Assembly (NCBI RefSeq): GCF_009914755.1
Contig: NC_060930.1
Reading direction: 5' to 3' (one strand)
Origin: the human T2T-CHM13v2.0 reference genome, Homo sapiens
DNA: 64,000 nucleotides
Shown here: piece after piece, positions 12,405 through 25,843 of the stretch
Position numbering within the stretch: the stretch's first letter is position 1
How the letters are laid out: every line of letters begins with the position of its first letter
Notes under the pieces: model-generated
Seen by the model: the letters and a program-made list of their open reading frames with translations, nothing else
Database searches by the model: none
What the model was told of the DNA's origin: nothing
Translations under genes and position numbers: made by a program

Positions 12405-13834
12405 CTGGGGCAATAGGAGTTGTGGGAAAAAAAAACTTTAAAAACCTGTTTCAAAAATCACTAGCTGGGGACCCAGCAAACCTGAGAAATGAAAACATCC
12501 TTTCCCCTCAGAAGTTCTACCAACATTAAGGTCTGCTTTTCCTGGGGCATTCTCCACAAAGGTCAGCTGAGAAATAAAATAACCCATTCACTTGTCTCTC
12601 TTTGGGATCAGAGTCAGAGTGTTTGAGCAAGAATTCATTTCTTCTTAATAACTGTGGGTACTGGAACAGGTCACTGGTTCAGGGAAGTCAGGGCAGACCT
12701 GTCCAATTAGTGGGGTCCCCAACCTGCCTTAAATAGGTCAGCGTGAGACTTCAGTGTTGGGTTGTACATTGTCCGTGGACCTCTTTCATGAGAGTGAGGA
12801 GTCCCACATCAACTGAGGCAGTGACAGAGCAAAAGCAGCTGTGTGTAAAAGGAAAGCGAGAAGCAGCACCAGGCAGCAGCAGCGCCCTCTCATGGTGGAT
12901 CTTCCACTCATCACGGCCTGAACAGCTTCCACAGCAGTGGGAACTAAGCGTCTTGCTAGTTTGTTTCACTGTCTACCATTTGCATTTCACCTTGCATTTT
13001 ACTGAAATCATTGCTGAAGATTTCTTTTTTCTTTGCCACTTACTAAAAAAGAAATGCTCCTGGGAACATTGATTTAGACAGAGCTTTAGATATTCCTGGT
13101 GAAACCATGGATTTGCCTCTCAAGTATCAGAGACAAAAAGACATTCTCCATCCCCTTTATTTCCACAGTTTATTACTGATTAGCTATATCTCCTGGATTA
13201 GATTTATTTATTAGACTGAATCAGGAAGGTTATTGTGATTTATTATTTATATGTAGTACATTCTAACTGTGTATTGTGTATAAAAATATTTGGTACCTTT
13301 TTTATTTAAAAAAAGGTCTGGGCTTTTTTCTTTCATTTTTTGCAGTAATAGTAATAGTAGTAGTTAATACATAAAATGTACTTCATGTCAGGAAGGACAC
13401 ATTTCTAAGTATGGAAAATGAAATCATTATTTACAGTAACTACAATATTCTAAGGGATTATAATTCAATGTGTCAGGAAATAAACTGGAAACTCAGTGCC
13501 CATAAGTTTTATTCTGGCTTAGCCAGAAAACTGCCCAGTGACCTTGAACAAGACTCTCAACCCTTCTGCTCTTAGATTTGCCATTATAAATAAAAAGCAA
13601 AATGTGTGTGCATGTGTATGTGTGTATGTGTATAACATCCAAGTATTCTTTAAAAATAAAGCAACAAAATTAATGAGGGAATAGAGATAAGGCCACGTAG
13701 CATGAGTCTAGGTCAACAGGAAGGCATTGTTCTTCCCCTCTGAATGGCAATCAGATCCGAGGTCCCCAGCTAGGTTACCAAACATGGTCTTCCTAGCTCA
13801 TTCACTTACCTTAACCAACAAACCAAAGCCTTAC

Positions 13835-13989
13835 CAATATGCCGGTGTTTGAGCCGTTCATAGATCCTCACATGGTGGCCCTTGACTTCTTTCACAGTGA
13901 GGACCTCTGCTTCATGAGGCTCATAAGAAGAGGAGCTAAGGACTATTTTGTCATGGGGGCGCCAATCCACTGCATCTTCTACTATAATT
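13835..13989 (-). CDS. PKHD1: Fibrocystin coding exon 56 (155 nt, phase 2-1): [52 protein letters not shown]
   Basis: Acceptor tgctgttacag|AA, donor TTG|gtaagg; within ORF 13806..14042; this donor keeps frame with exon 57. Confidence 0.95.
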
Positions 13990-15889
13990 CTGTAACAGCA
14001 TAACAATGGCATTGGATATACTAACAGTGCAGCACAAATCATCTATTAACTCCAGAGCAAGAAAAGGAAATCCACTGTGACCAACATATCCCACCAGAGA
14101 AACTGAAATAGAAATAAGACATGGCAGTGGAAAAAGGCTTTCGCAAACAGTTTAATTTAGCTAATGGAGTCAGTTTTCTGGCTTGAAAATGTATATGTTA
14201 CAGAGACAGTGAAGATATTCGATGACCCCTGAAATACAGCAAAGGAATAAAAAACAATAAAAGTTCCAGAGGTTAGTACACATGTCTACATCAGCAACCT
14301 TCTTTCTGGATTAGGGAACAGATTCAATAATAACAGCATTTCAGAAAAGAACTTTTCTCTAATTTTCTAGAGAAATATAATGCCATTTTTTGACAACTTT
14401 GGACATTTTGGACAACTTTTCATCATGTGTTACAAATCCTACCTTCATGATGAAACAGATACAAGTGTGAATCGTAGAGGTGTCACTTACCAGCTGTGTG
14501 ACCTTGAGAAGTCACTTCACTCCTCGGCTTCATATCCTCATCTGAAAAGGCTATATTTGTACTTTCTGTCTTCTCTTTCATCACATTATGAAACAATGAG
14601 GGTTGTGTTCATTTTTGGTATTTTTCAAGACACACATTTAATACAGTTTCTGTTCAGTCTTTCACTGCCGCCTAGCATTCCCTCTGAATATGACTGTTTT
14701 ATTTTCTTCATAGTCATTACCAACTTCAACACCATAAATTTAATTGCCTGCTTCATTAGCTAATGCCCAAAGTTTAGCAAGCTTTGATAAAGAGTCTCCT
14801 CTATAGTGAATGTTCATTCAGACAACAGTGTCCATGTGCAGGGCATTCAATCATGCAACCTTTATTGACCGAGCAAATCTTATGCACCAGACAATAGAGT
14901 AGATGCTAGAGACATACGATAAATAAAACATATGTCATTTGTATTAAAATACATAACTTAAATTCTGCCTAGCACATATCTTTAAAGAGTCTACTGTATG
15001 GGTGTGTATTACACAGTATTCTGTGTAATACCATGGGAGTACATATTAATAATACAGATGTTTAATATATAGTATTAAGCCCCTAAAAGGAAACATAAAT
15101 TAAACCTAATCATTTGCAAGCCAATGGCATGAGTCTAATAAATGAAATATTATAATTAATTCACATCTACGTACCTAAGGTTGGAGAAAGAGTCATAGAG
15201 AAGACAAAAAAACTACTATCAATTGATGCAACTTTAATGAAGGAATTTAGAGTCTTAGCTCTGTTCCTGATTTGCTATGACTTCCTAGAAAACTCCCAGT
15301 TACAGAATATTTAAGCACCACAAGCTTTGAAAGGCAAGGAAACTAAGTTCCAAATAGATTTAAATAACAAAATGTAAGACTAGATAAATACATGGAGCCA
15401 GTGATTGAATTAGGACAAAGGAAGACTACTGATAAAGTCCAGCATTTTTTCCACTAAATAATCTCACTTTGCCTGTCTTATTTTTAGTTCTTCAGGTGCT
15501 AAATGGTATTAGAAAAAGAGTATTCCCACTTTTCATAATCTATGAAATTATAAGAAGTCTATGATCCATACAATGGAATACTGTATAGCCATTTTTAAAG
15601 TATTTTGTTGAAGAGCACTGAATTACAAGAAATTTTGTTCATGATGTATTGATTTCAAAAAGCAGGACGTAAAATAATATGCTCCATTTTTTAATAAAAT
15701 GATACATGCACAGAAAATAGGAAAGATGCATGTTAAAATGTTAGCCTACCTATGGATGGTGGGATTATTAGTGATTTTCACTTAAATCTCAATTTTCTAA
15801 CTTATCAGGTAGTATATTGTAGTTAGGGAAAAAAAAGTCAATCTGCTGTATAATTGAAATTAATCCTTTACTTCATAGTTAGTATTTCT

Positions 15890-16215
15890 CAGTAGTCCCC
15901 AAGCTTTTTGGCACCAGGGACCAGTTTTGTGAAGACAATTTTTCCACAGGGGAGGTGGATTCGGGATGAAACTGTTCTACCTCAGATCATCAAGCATTAG
16001 ATTCTCATAAGGAGCATGCAACCTAGATCCCTCACATACACAGTTCACAATAGAGTTTGCATTTTTATGAGAATCTAATGACCCCTAATCAGACAGGAGG
16101 TGGAGCCCAGGCAGTAATGCTCCCTTGCCCACCACTCACTTCCTGCTGTGCGTCCTGGTTCCCGATAGGCTAAGGATCTGTACTGGTCTGTGGCCCTGGG
16201 GGTTGGGGACCCCTG
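15890..16215 (+). mobile_element. MER1B (hAT-Charlie) DNA transposon
   Basis: TIRs cagtagtccccaa / ggttggggacccctg; internal cattagattctcataaggagc. Confidence 0.9.
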
Positions 16216-16329
16216 ACCTAGACAATCTTTTTATTATTATTTATATTGTTGAATAAAGCTCTTCAAATAATAGGTCACTATAATATTCTGAGAAGTTTCA
16301 TGTGAAAGTGAGATTAAAACTCATCCACA

Positions 16330-16442
16330 TGAGATTTTTTAGGGCAATATTCTGTGTAATACTATGGGAGTACATATACACGATCACACATTTGTAAAAA
16401 TCCATAGAACTGTTTAACATTGAGTGAACACTAATGCAAATT
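16330..16442 (+). mobile_element. Short L1MC-type 3' fragment
   Basis: tttttagggca..tattctgtgtaatact...ccatagaact...gagtgaacactaatgcaaa resembles L1MC 3' UTR. Confidence 0.5.
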
Positions 16443-16770
16443 TAAAACTCATAAAGCTTCATTTTCTAACTTCCTTATATAAGCCATCTGCTCCAGCCAG
16501 ATGAATCAGTTCACTCTCCCCTACTTTGCTCTTCAGGTCTCTCATTCTTGAAAACTGACACAAGTCACTACGGTCACTATGCCTTCAAGAAGTCTTCAAT
16601 GGGAGTCTCTTTCCACTGAATGCCCAAAGCCTCCCCACTTTCTGTACCACCATCAATTTGACATAAAAAATGCTGTTTATTGCCTTGTGACTGGTTTTGT
16701 ATTCTTGTCTTCTGTGACCATTCAACTTTTTTATTGTTCATTGATATTTAATAAAAATAAGACTATATAA

Positions 16771-17142
<372 letters not shown>

Positions 17143-19933
17143 CTAACAATGTTCTAGGAATTATTAAAATTATTAGTTCAAACTTTATATTAAAAACATA
17201 AATAAACTTAATCTGACCTTTTCTGTTCTGGCTTCCCAAACCTTATGAGTTCATTAAAATGTATCTTTCCTCTATACTCCTGAAGTCTTTCGGGTTCTAT
17301 ACATCATGAGAACCATACACAGATGTCAAAGGAGCATTGCCCCTTCCACGTCTATGTCCATATAGCAACAGTGGTAACTTCAGAGGAAACTGGGGTCTCA
17401 GTATCAATAGCCTAGTTGGTTCTGCTAGTCAAATGTCAGTTTTCCTTAAATTCCAACATCCACTATTCCTAGTTCCAGTCTTCAAACATTATGGTTACCC
17501 TTCAATCATACGAACTAGCTTAACGACTGGCTCAAAATCCCAGCTGTATTCTCTGTATTTTATTCCTCTGATTAGTATGACTCCTAGATCTTCAGGGAAG
17601 AGGGGAGACTTGCTTGTTGTTATGAGCAAAACATACCTCAAATAATAAATAAACAAAAAATTAAAAGACTTTTTTTCAACATAATTGTACCTAAATGGAA
17701 ACCATATGAGAAGAGAGAGGAAATTATGAATAATCACTGTGGAAGTCTTTTTAAAGATAACTCTAAGAAAATATAAACAAAATATCAGTACAGTTTCTTT
17801 ATTTTGGCATAACTTTTGACCTAGTTCAGAGAAAAATAATATTTACTAGACAAAAATATAATACTTATTATTTACAGAGAATTTAAAAATGCTTCAAAAT
17901 TTGATTTAAAAGTTTTTACAAAAATGTGTAAGACATTCACGTGTAAACACCTACAACTTAAATGAATTTGTTAACTTAATACTTGTAAGATCTTAATGAT
18001 AATAACTGCATTTGACCACAGGCTCAGAGTGTACATATCACAAAACATGCCCTGTCTCACCTGCACCTCCAGGAATAGGGATGGCCACAGATTTCTGAAC
18101 TCTACTAATATTTAGTCTTTTTCATTTTGTAACTTCAGTTTAAAATTTTTCTATCAGTGCCATTAAAATGTAATGAGGATTCTCAGACTGTATTATTCTA
18201 CACTTGATAGAGAAGAAATTGAATTCTATAATGATGCTGGTAAAGATGGTGAGTGACAACAATTATAGCTATAGTCAATACCAATTATTTGTCTACCTGA
18301 CTTCCTCTCTGCTTCATTCCAGGAAATCCCTCACACCTCATCTGAGAACTGCTCCCATCCACTATACTGAAATCTGTGAGAGCTGCAGGTTAAAGTCCCA
18401 CAAACCCTTCACCAAAGGCTGGGCATAGGATCCAACCTGCATTCATTCACCAAAATCTTTCCCCTGGAATTTTGAATGAAACTGAGGGGAATTAGTAGTA
18501 ACCTCCTCACTGGTGGTATAGCTAGGAAAAGCCAAACAGATCTGAGTTCACTTGCACCATACAGAATGAAGAAAACTATTCTCCAGTAGAAAAAAAAGAG
18601 GTTGAAATAAAGAAGTAAAAAAGTAGAGGAGGAGAGGAAGGGCTTGATACAGTCTTCAAAATGGCTTAAGAAGGGTTACTTTTACTTGTACTTTCGACTT
18701 AAAGAGCCCCGATTGCCACAATAGCTGCCCTGTCTTAAGGCTTACACTGTGCCAGAAACTGGGCTTAACACCTCATGTGCATTAACTCCCTCAATCCTTA
18801 TAACTATTCTATTAGCAATGTATTGTTACTCACATAATTAAAGAAAATAAAACTGAGGCTCAGAGAGAGTAATTTACTCAGAGTTACACCTTTAGCTAAC
18901 CACCTAACTAGAATTAGTCTGCCTGCCCTCAAAGTTCAAACTCCTTTTCATTGCAGAATATATTTCCAACCTACCTTCCAAACATATGCCTTTCACCAGC
19001 ATCATAATAGTAGTGAATTTGGCAATAGAACCCAATAGTTTATTGGACCTCTAACATATGAAAAAAAATCATCATCTTTTAGAGGTTACATATGTGATCC
19101 TGAACTCTTGCCAATGAGTGCATAAGGCCACCAACTCTATATTCTAATACTTAAACTAAGTTGTTATAATAATAAAGTTTGAGGAATGAGCAAAATAAAT
19201 TATAGTAGTATTTGAAATTAAATTCAAGATTCTCTCATTTGTTAGATAATATGCCATTGAACCAAGAAGCTCAATAAGTTCTGATTTCTAGAAAATACAC
19301 ATCAAGTCAATGTAGCATGCATTTATTGGAGCCCTTCTTTATGTTCTGCTGTGCACTAGACACTAATATACCAAATCAACAATAACAAAAATATATCTCT
19401 CCCCTATAGAAGCCACTTGGAGGAACAGGACACACAAATGTTAAACATCTTAGTGTTATGCTTTTCTTAAAATTACAAATCATAAAATCACATCTTACGT
19501 TCAGATGATGGGAAAATTTGTAGAGTCGGAGATACCTAAAGTCCTGTGTCTGATGTAATGGAATCTTTAAGGATAAATAGGAAGTTATACAGTCAAGGAG
19601 GAGATGCAAGAATACTGCATCTGATACTCTTATTTCATTTATTAGGTACTTAAGGAGCCAGTACAAAAGTTGTTGTAGAGAGCCATGGGTGAAGTGCTGC
19701 AATGAGAATGTAGCAGATAGGAAAGAAAAAAGAAACATTCCAAACAAAATATATACAAAGAACACATCATTAATTTAACATAGGAGATAAAGGAATAGAT
19801 ATAATCAATTATGACATTCAATTTAAAGGTTTAGGGCCTGGAGAAAAGGATGAGGTAACAAATGACTTGATTTCTTATTCAGTTCACAGTTTCTTCCTTG
19901 TAAATAACAGAGTATGTTAATAAATCACTTCAG

Positions 19934-20790
19934 ACACCTCATACCTGTCAAAATTACCAAAACAGTGAAAGATAACAAAGGTTAGTGAGGATGGAAAGAG
20001 AAGAGAACCCTTGCATACTGTTAGTAGAAATGTAAATTAGTACAACCGTTATAGAAAAGAGTTTGGAGGGTCCTCAATAATTAAAAATAGAATATGATCC
20101 AGCAATCCATCTTCTAGATATATATTCCAAGGATATGAAATCAGTATGTCTGAGATATTTGCACTCCCATGTTCACAGCAACATTATTCGCAAGAGCCAA
20201 AATATAGAGTCAATCTAGGTGCCCATCGACAAATGAATGGATAAAGAAAATGCAGTATACACATACACTCTGGAATACTATTCAGCCTTTAAAAAGAAGA
20301 AAATCTGGTCATTAGCATCAACATAGATGAACCTGGAAGACACTACGTTAAGTGAAATGATCCAGGCCCAAGAAGACAAATACCACATGATCTCACTTGC
20401 ATGCAGAATCAAAAAGAGTGGAATTCACTGGACTAGAGAGTAGAATGCAGGTTACCAGAGGCTGCTGGTTTGGCTGGTGGTGGGGGGAAGCAAAGGTTGA
20501 AGAAATGTTGATAAAAGAATACAAAATCTCAGTTAGATAGGAAGAATAAATTCAAGAGATCTATTGTGCAACATAGTGACTACAGTTATTAATATATTGT
20601 ATTCTTTAAAAATGCTGAGTGTGGATGTGAAGTATCCTTACCACAAAAAAAGATAACTATATGAGATAATACATATGTTAATTATGTAGATTTAGCCAAT
20701 CCACAATGCAATACATGCATCAAAACATCATGTTGTACAGCATAAATACATAAAATTTTTACTTGTCAATTAAAAAATAAAACGAAATAA
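19934..20790 (+). mobile_element. L1MA-type 3' fragment (ORF2 end + 3' UTR)
   Basis: gatccagcaatcc, atgaatggataaagaaaatg, gatctattgtgcaacatagtgact, A-rich end; flanked by aatcactt repeats. Confidence 0.85.
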
Positions 20791-20919
20791 GTCAATCACT
20801 TGAGAAAGAAAGGATAACAGGACAAAGAGACTGGATGTCTTATATATTTTCTTGAAAATTCAATGAGATAAGAAATGAGAAAAAAATAAGAATTTGGGGG
20901 AAGTTTCCTCATAATCCAG

Positions 20920-21310
20920 CTCTTCTCCCTGTTTTCCCCTTCTCAGTAAATGGCAGCGCTCCTTACCTAGTTTCTTAGGTCAAAAATTTAAGAGTGATCT
21001 TTGACTCTTCTCTTTCTCTTTTCCTCAATATTCAGTCCATCAGGAGTCATGTCACTTCTGTCTTCAACATATATTTATCCACATCTTTACTCCTCCATCA
21101 CTGCCATCCTAATCTAAGCCATCATCATGTGTTACCCAAAAAACTGCCATAGCAATGTCTTAACAGTTAGTGTCTCTATTTCCACTCTTATCTCTTCCTC
21201 ATCACCACCACCAATAGTCAATTCTCCACACATCATAAATCAGATTAAAATATAAGTCAGGCTCTGTCCATGTCTCGTTTAAAATCTTCCAATGGCCAAG
21301 ATAAAACCTA
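20920..21310 (+). mobile_element. L2 fragment
   Basis: ctcagtaaatggca..., atctttgactcttctctttctct motifs. Confidence 0.55.
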
Positions 21311-22169
21311 ATCTTTATCATAAGATTGGTTGACAAAGTAACCATTTAATTTCAAAGATCACATGGCTACCCTTCAAAGACTCACAGCAAAAGATATACA
21401 TAACATTTGTAATGGGTAAAAGCAATTTTTTGTGTCTAAATCTAACTTGTCTTGATTTATTTACAATCCAAATAAAACCTCAACAGTTTTGTTCATCAGT
21501 CTTCACAAGTCAACTCAAGCAAGCAACAACAGAGAGTAATTTAGAGATAAATTGATAAAACACAGAATAAAAGAAAATAATTTTTCTTCAAAATATCTTG
21601 CTAAGCTTACTTTGGTTGATTGTGTAAGATACAAGCTTATAAAGTTAACATGAAACTTTTCCTCCGAAGTTTTCACACTACCATTATTCACATATATATA
21701 TATATATATTTTCAGGTATCAAATTCTTTTGGTGAAAATTCATGAAACAGTTCATCTGAAATATGCTTATATCACAATATATTAGAAAGACAAAGACTTA
21801 TTGAATTGACTTTTAAGATTGTAGAGCCATGTTTAAAAAGGTGGCCTAAATAAGGTCTGTAGCTCAGTTAATACCGTACCAATATCAACTTGCCAGATTT
21901 GCTAATGTTCTATAGTTATGTAATATGCTATCATCAGGGAACACTGAGTGAAGGGTATATGTAAACTACTATTTTTGCAACTTATTTTGAGTCTGAAGTT
22001 ATTTTTAACATTTTAAAAAAGGTTTTAAAGAGAAAGAATTCCATAAAATGAATATACTACATTAATTGCACATCATTTGTATAAACTCATTAAATTATTT
22101 CTCCTCAGGACTGATACTAAGAAACTTTGTTTTTAATATTTGTAATATGTAGAACACACGCAATGGAAT

Positions 22170-22395
22170 CAGACAAATCAGGGTGAAAAATCCAGCCTCA
22201 GGAATTTCTAGCTTTATGAACTTGGAACATTTACTTAACTTCTCCAGCCTCAGTTTTCATATCCATAAAATGCAGATAATAATACCTAACTTATAGCATT
22301 GAAAGATTTAAATGAGATAATGTATGTAAAATGCTTAGTAGAGGCCTGACATATAACAAGCTTACATGATAAGAACCAAATAAATGGTAGCTAGT
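22170..22395 (+). mobile_element. MIR SINE
   Basis: ttacttaacttctccagcctcagttttcatatccataaaatgcagataataatacct core. Confidence 0.75.
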
Positions 22396-22599
22396 TAATG
22401 ACTATGGATAGTTTTAATTAATAAAATTGAGTTCCTTTCAAAATAGCCTGTAGCTCAGACTCCAAATGAGGTTTTTAACACATTCTTATAAGAAAAATCC
22501 ATTCATATGGTTCCTGCCAAATTCCAGCTTGCTAACCTTTTAATTATAATTAAAGTTTCTTATTGATCCTTGTTAGAAATGCTTACTTCACAAATCCTT

Positions 22600-24910
22600 T
22601 TGAATATCAGAAAAGCACTTTAAATTCAACATGACCTAATCTGAATTCATAATCTTTTCTCTAAACTTAGTCCTCCTCAAGTGAATGACACCACTATCCA
22701 GCTACACAAACCAGAAACCAAGAATGCACTTCATATTCAATGTGTCTTATAGGGTTTATCTCCTGCCTTTAAATCTGCCCACTTCTCCATTGCTCCTGCA
22801 GCCCCTGACTACAATTACACTGTCTCTTGCTGGGTGTCTCTGGATCTACTATCAAGCTCTCCTGCTGTCTACATTCTGCCTACAATATTTTAGATGTACA
22901 AGTATGATAATAAGTGTTACCTCCTATCCATACTACCCCCTTAAAAACCTACAACAGCTTCACAATGCTCTTAGGGTAAAAACTAAAATTCTTTTTTTTT
23001 TTTTTATTATACTTTAAGTTTTAGGGTACATGTGCACATTGTGCAGGTTAGTTACATATGTATACATGTGCCATGCTGGTGCGCTGCACCCACTAACTCA
23101 TCATCTAGCATTAGGTATATCTCCCAATGCTATCCCTCCCCCCTCCCCCCACCCCACCACAGTCCCCAGAGTGTGATATTCCCCTTCCTGTGTCCACGTG
23201 TACTCATCTGACAGAGGGCTAATATCCAGAATCTACAATAAACTCAAACAAATTTACAAGAAAAAAATAAACAACCCAATCAAAAAGTGGGCGAAAGACA
23301 TGAACAGACACTTCTCAAAAGAAGACATTTATGCAGCCAAAAAACACATGAAAAAATGCTCATCATCACCAGCCATCAGAGAAATGCAAATCAAAACCAC
23401 TATGAGATACCATCTCACACCAGTTAGAATGGCAATCATTAAAAAGTCAGGAAACAACAGGTGCTGGAGAGGATGTGGAGAAATAGGAACACTTTTACAC
23501 TGTTGGTGGGACTGTAAACTAGTTCAACCATTGTGGAAGTCAGTGTGGCGATTCCTCAGGGATCTAGAACTAGAAATACCATTTGACCCAGCCATCCCAT
23601 TACTGGGTATATACCCAAATGACTATAAATCATGCTGCTATAAAGACACATGCACACGTATGTTTATTGCGGCATTATTCACAATAGCAAAGACTTGGAA
23701 CCAACCCAAATGTCCAACAATGATAGACTGGATTAAAATTCTTGATATTGCCAATGTATGTGGCCCTGACACTTAACCAACTCCTTGGAACCCTGTCATG
23801 ATCAGCCCCTACTCTCCACATCAACCATCATGGTATTCTTTCAGACCCTCATGTTCTCCATTCTCCCTCCCAACCACAGAATCACGTCTCCACCCTCTGC
23901 TTCTCAATCACCTGTGTTGACTCCTCAATATCTAAAAAGTTAGAATGCCCCCAATCTCAATCCCATGCTCCAAATCTCTCTTCTACCCATGTCTTCTTCA
24001 ATAATGACATCACCTACTTCCAAGATGGCTGCTTCCAAGCCCTAAATTATGCATCTGATTTTCTTCTTGGCATCTACTCTTGGTGTCTCCAACTTCGCAT
24101 GCCCCTGCTGCCTTCCACCCTGACAAACCTATTCCCCTCTCAGTCTTCCCAACTCAGTGCGTGCTTCCTCCATTCATCAGTGTGCTCCATCAAAACACCT
24201 GCAGCACTCTTTCCTTGCCTCCACATGCAGTCATCAGGAGGACCAGTTGTTCTCTCCATCTCCACTGCCTCTTCCAGAGTCCCAGATACATGATTTCTGG
24301 CCTCAACTGGCCTCCTAACTGATATCCCAGCTCTACTGTTATCTCCACAATCCATCATCTACACAGCCAGAGAAGTTTTTTAAACAAAAATCAGATTCCA
24401 CCATCCTCCTGCATAAAACCCTTCAGTGATTTCCCCTTTGACCTCTTATACCTGAACAAGGTCCTGTATGACTTGGCACTTGCCATATCAGACAATGCTG
24501 CCCTCTGCTCACTCTGCGCCAGCTATAGTGACCTTCTTCCTGTTTCCCCCCTACCCCCACCCTAGGCCAGCTGGTTCCCACCCATCCTTCAGGTATAAGC
24601 TCAAATTTCTCATCCTCAAAGAGACTTTCCCTGTCCATTCAATCTAAAATGGTACCCTTCACATTTTCTGCCCCAGCTATTTTTGATCATATCACCATAT
24701 TGACTTCCTTACCAGCATATTTTATAATCTCAACCACGTCATTTATATTTCTGTATTTGTTTGAGTATTGTCTTTCTCTCAACTAAGATCTGAGCTCCCA
24801 GAGGGCAGCAATCTCTTCTAATTTGCAATCTCTTCTATATGTCTAGTGCTTACAGTCTGACCTGGCACATAGTAAATATTCCTCAGATATTTGCTTAATA
24901 ATTGAATGCT
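22600..24910 (+). mobile_element. L2 fragments interrupted by the L1PA2-like insertion
   Basis: Pyrimidine-rich L2 body ending gacctggcacatagtaaat...gaatg; boundaries approximate. Confidence 0.6.
22992..23736 (-). mobile_element. 5'-inverted (twin-primed) L1PA2-like insertion: 3' end on minus (22992-23200), inverted ORF2 segment on plus (23201-23736)
   Basis: Poly(T) + L1 3' UTR with GAG diagnostic trinucleotide (cactaactcatcatctagc), not ACA/ACG; ORF 23198..23776 is L1 ORF2 C-terminus; TSD taaaattctt at 22984-22993 and 23734-23743. Confidence 0.92.
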
Positions 24911-25734
24911 GTTTGCTCTGGCTAGAACACCGTTTCCACATATAACCCACTTTGCTTAATTAATGTCCATGCTTCTTTCAGATCCCACCTCTGAAATTAT
25001 GCTTCAGGGAAGCCTTCTCCAACTTCCCATAAATGCCTCAAGTTGACATATTCATGTTTTCAGAATCCTATATAACCCGCCCCTTCACAGAATTTATCAT
25101 GTATGTAATTTTACATTTACTATTTGATTAACGTTTGAGTTTTTACTTAATATTATATCTCCAGATCATAGCTCAATGTTTGACAAACATAAGCATTTGT
25201 GAAAATCATGTCAAATAAATAATTTTAAATAACCATGAACATAATACCTACTCTACAAAGAAATTCTGTACATAGAGAAAAGCACACCAAAGCATACCTA
25301 TCAAGATAGCTACCTATCATTTCACCAACAGGGATCCTTGCTGTGCTGTATGTCCTTCCAGGGATTTCCCTATTATGTATATGCATACATATTTTTATTT
25401 CTTTATCTACAAAACTAGGCTAGTATGTAAGATTAATTCCCATGTGAATGTGAGCCTCTGCTCTATTTTGTCAACTTGGAATTCACTATTTTCCATCTTT
25501 GCCAAATTAAAATTTAAAAATGGTATTCCATTACTGTTTTAATTAATATTCAATTCTAGTAAAGATGACCATTTTTTCTATATGTTTATTAGCAAGATGT
25601 ATTTTTTTTGTGGCTTACATATTCAAACCCTTTCACAAATATGTTTCTGGTGTATTCATATTTTTATTTTCATTCTTGACATATAAAAAATATTAGTCCT
25701 TCATCTGTACTATTGTATGCTGCAAATATTTTCT

Positions 25735-25843
25735 TTTTTTTTAATTTTGTTATTATTATACTTTAAGTTTTAGGGTACATGTGCACAGGGAGGGATAGCA
25801 TTAGGAAATATACCTAATGCTAAATGACGAGTTAATGGGTGCA
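25735..25843 (-). mobile_element. Miniature (~109 bp) 5'-inverted L1PA3/4-like insertion
   Basis: Poly(T)+attatactttaagttttagggtacatgtgcaca, then plus-strand gggagggatagcattagg...gacgagttaatgggtgca; TSD tgcaaa(t/c)attttct at 25721-25734 and 25840-25853. Confidence 0.88.

Noticed and set aside
19917-19929. HNF1-like site gttaataaatcac (PKHD1 is an HNF1B target)
   Set aside because: Two mismatches to the consensus in very AT-rich DNA, adjacent to an L1; unsupported without ChIP data
23198-23776. 192-aa plus-strand ORF
   Set aside because: It is the L1 ORF2 C-terminal fragment in the inverted part of an L1 insertion, not an independent gene
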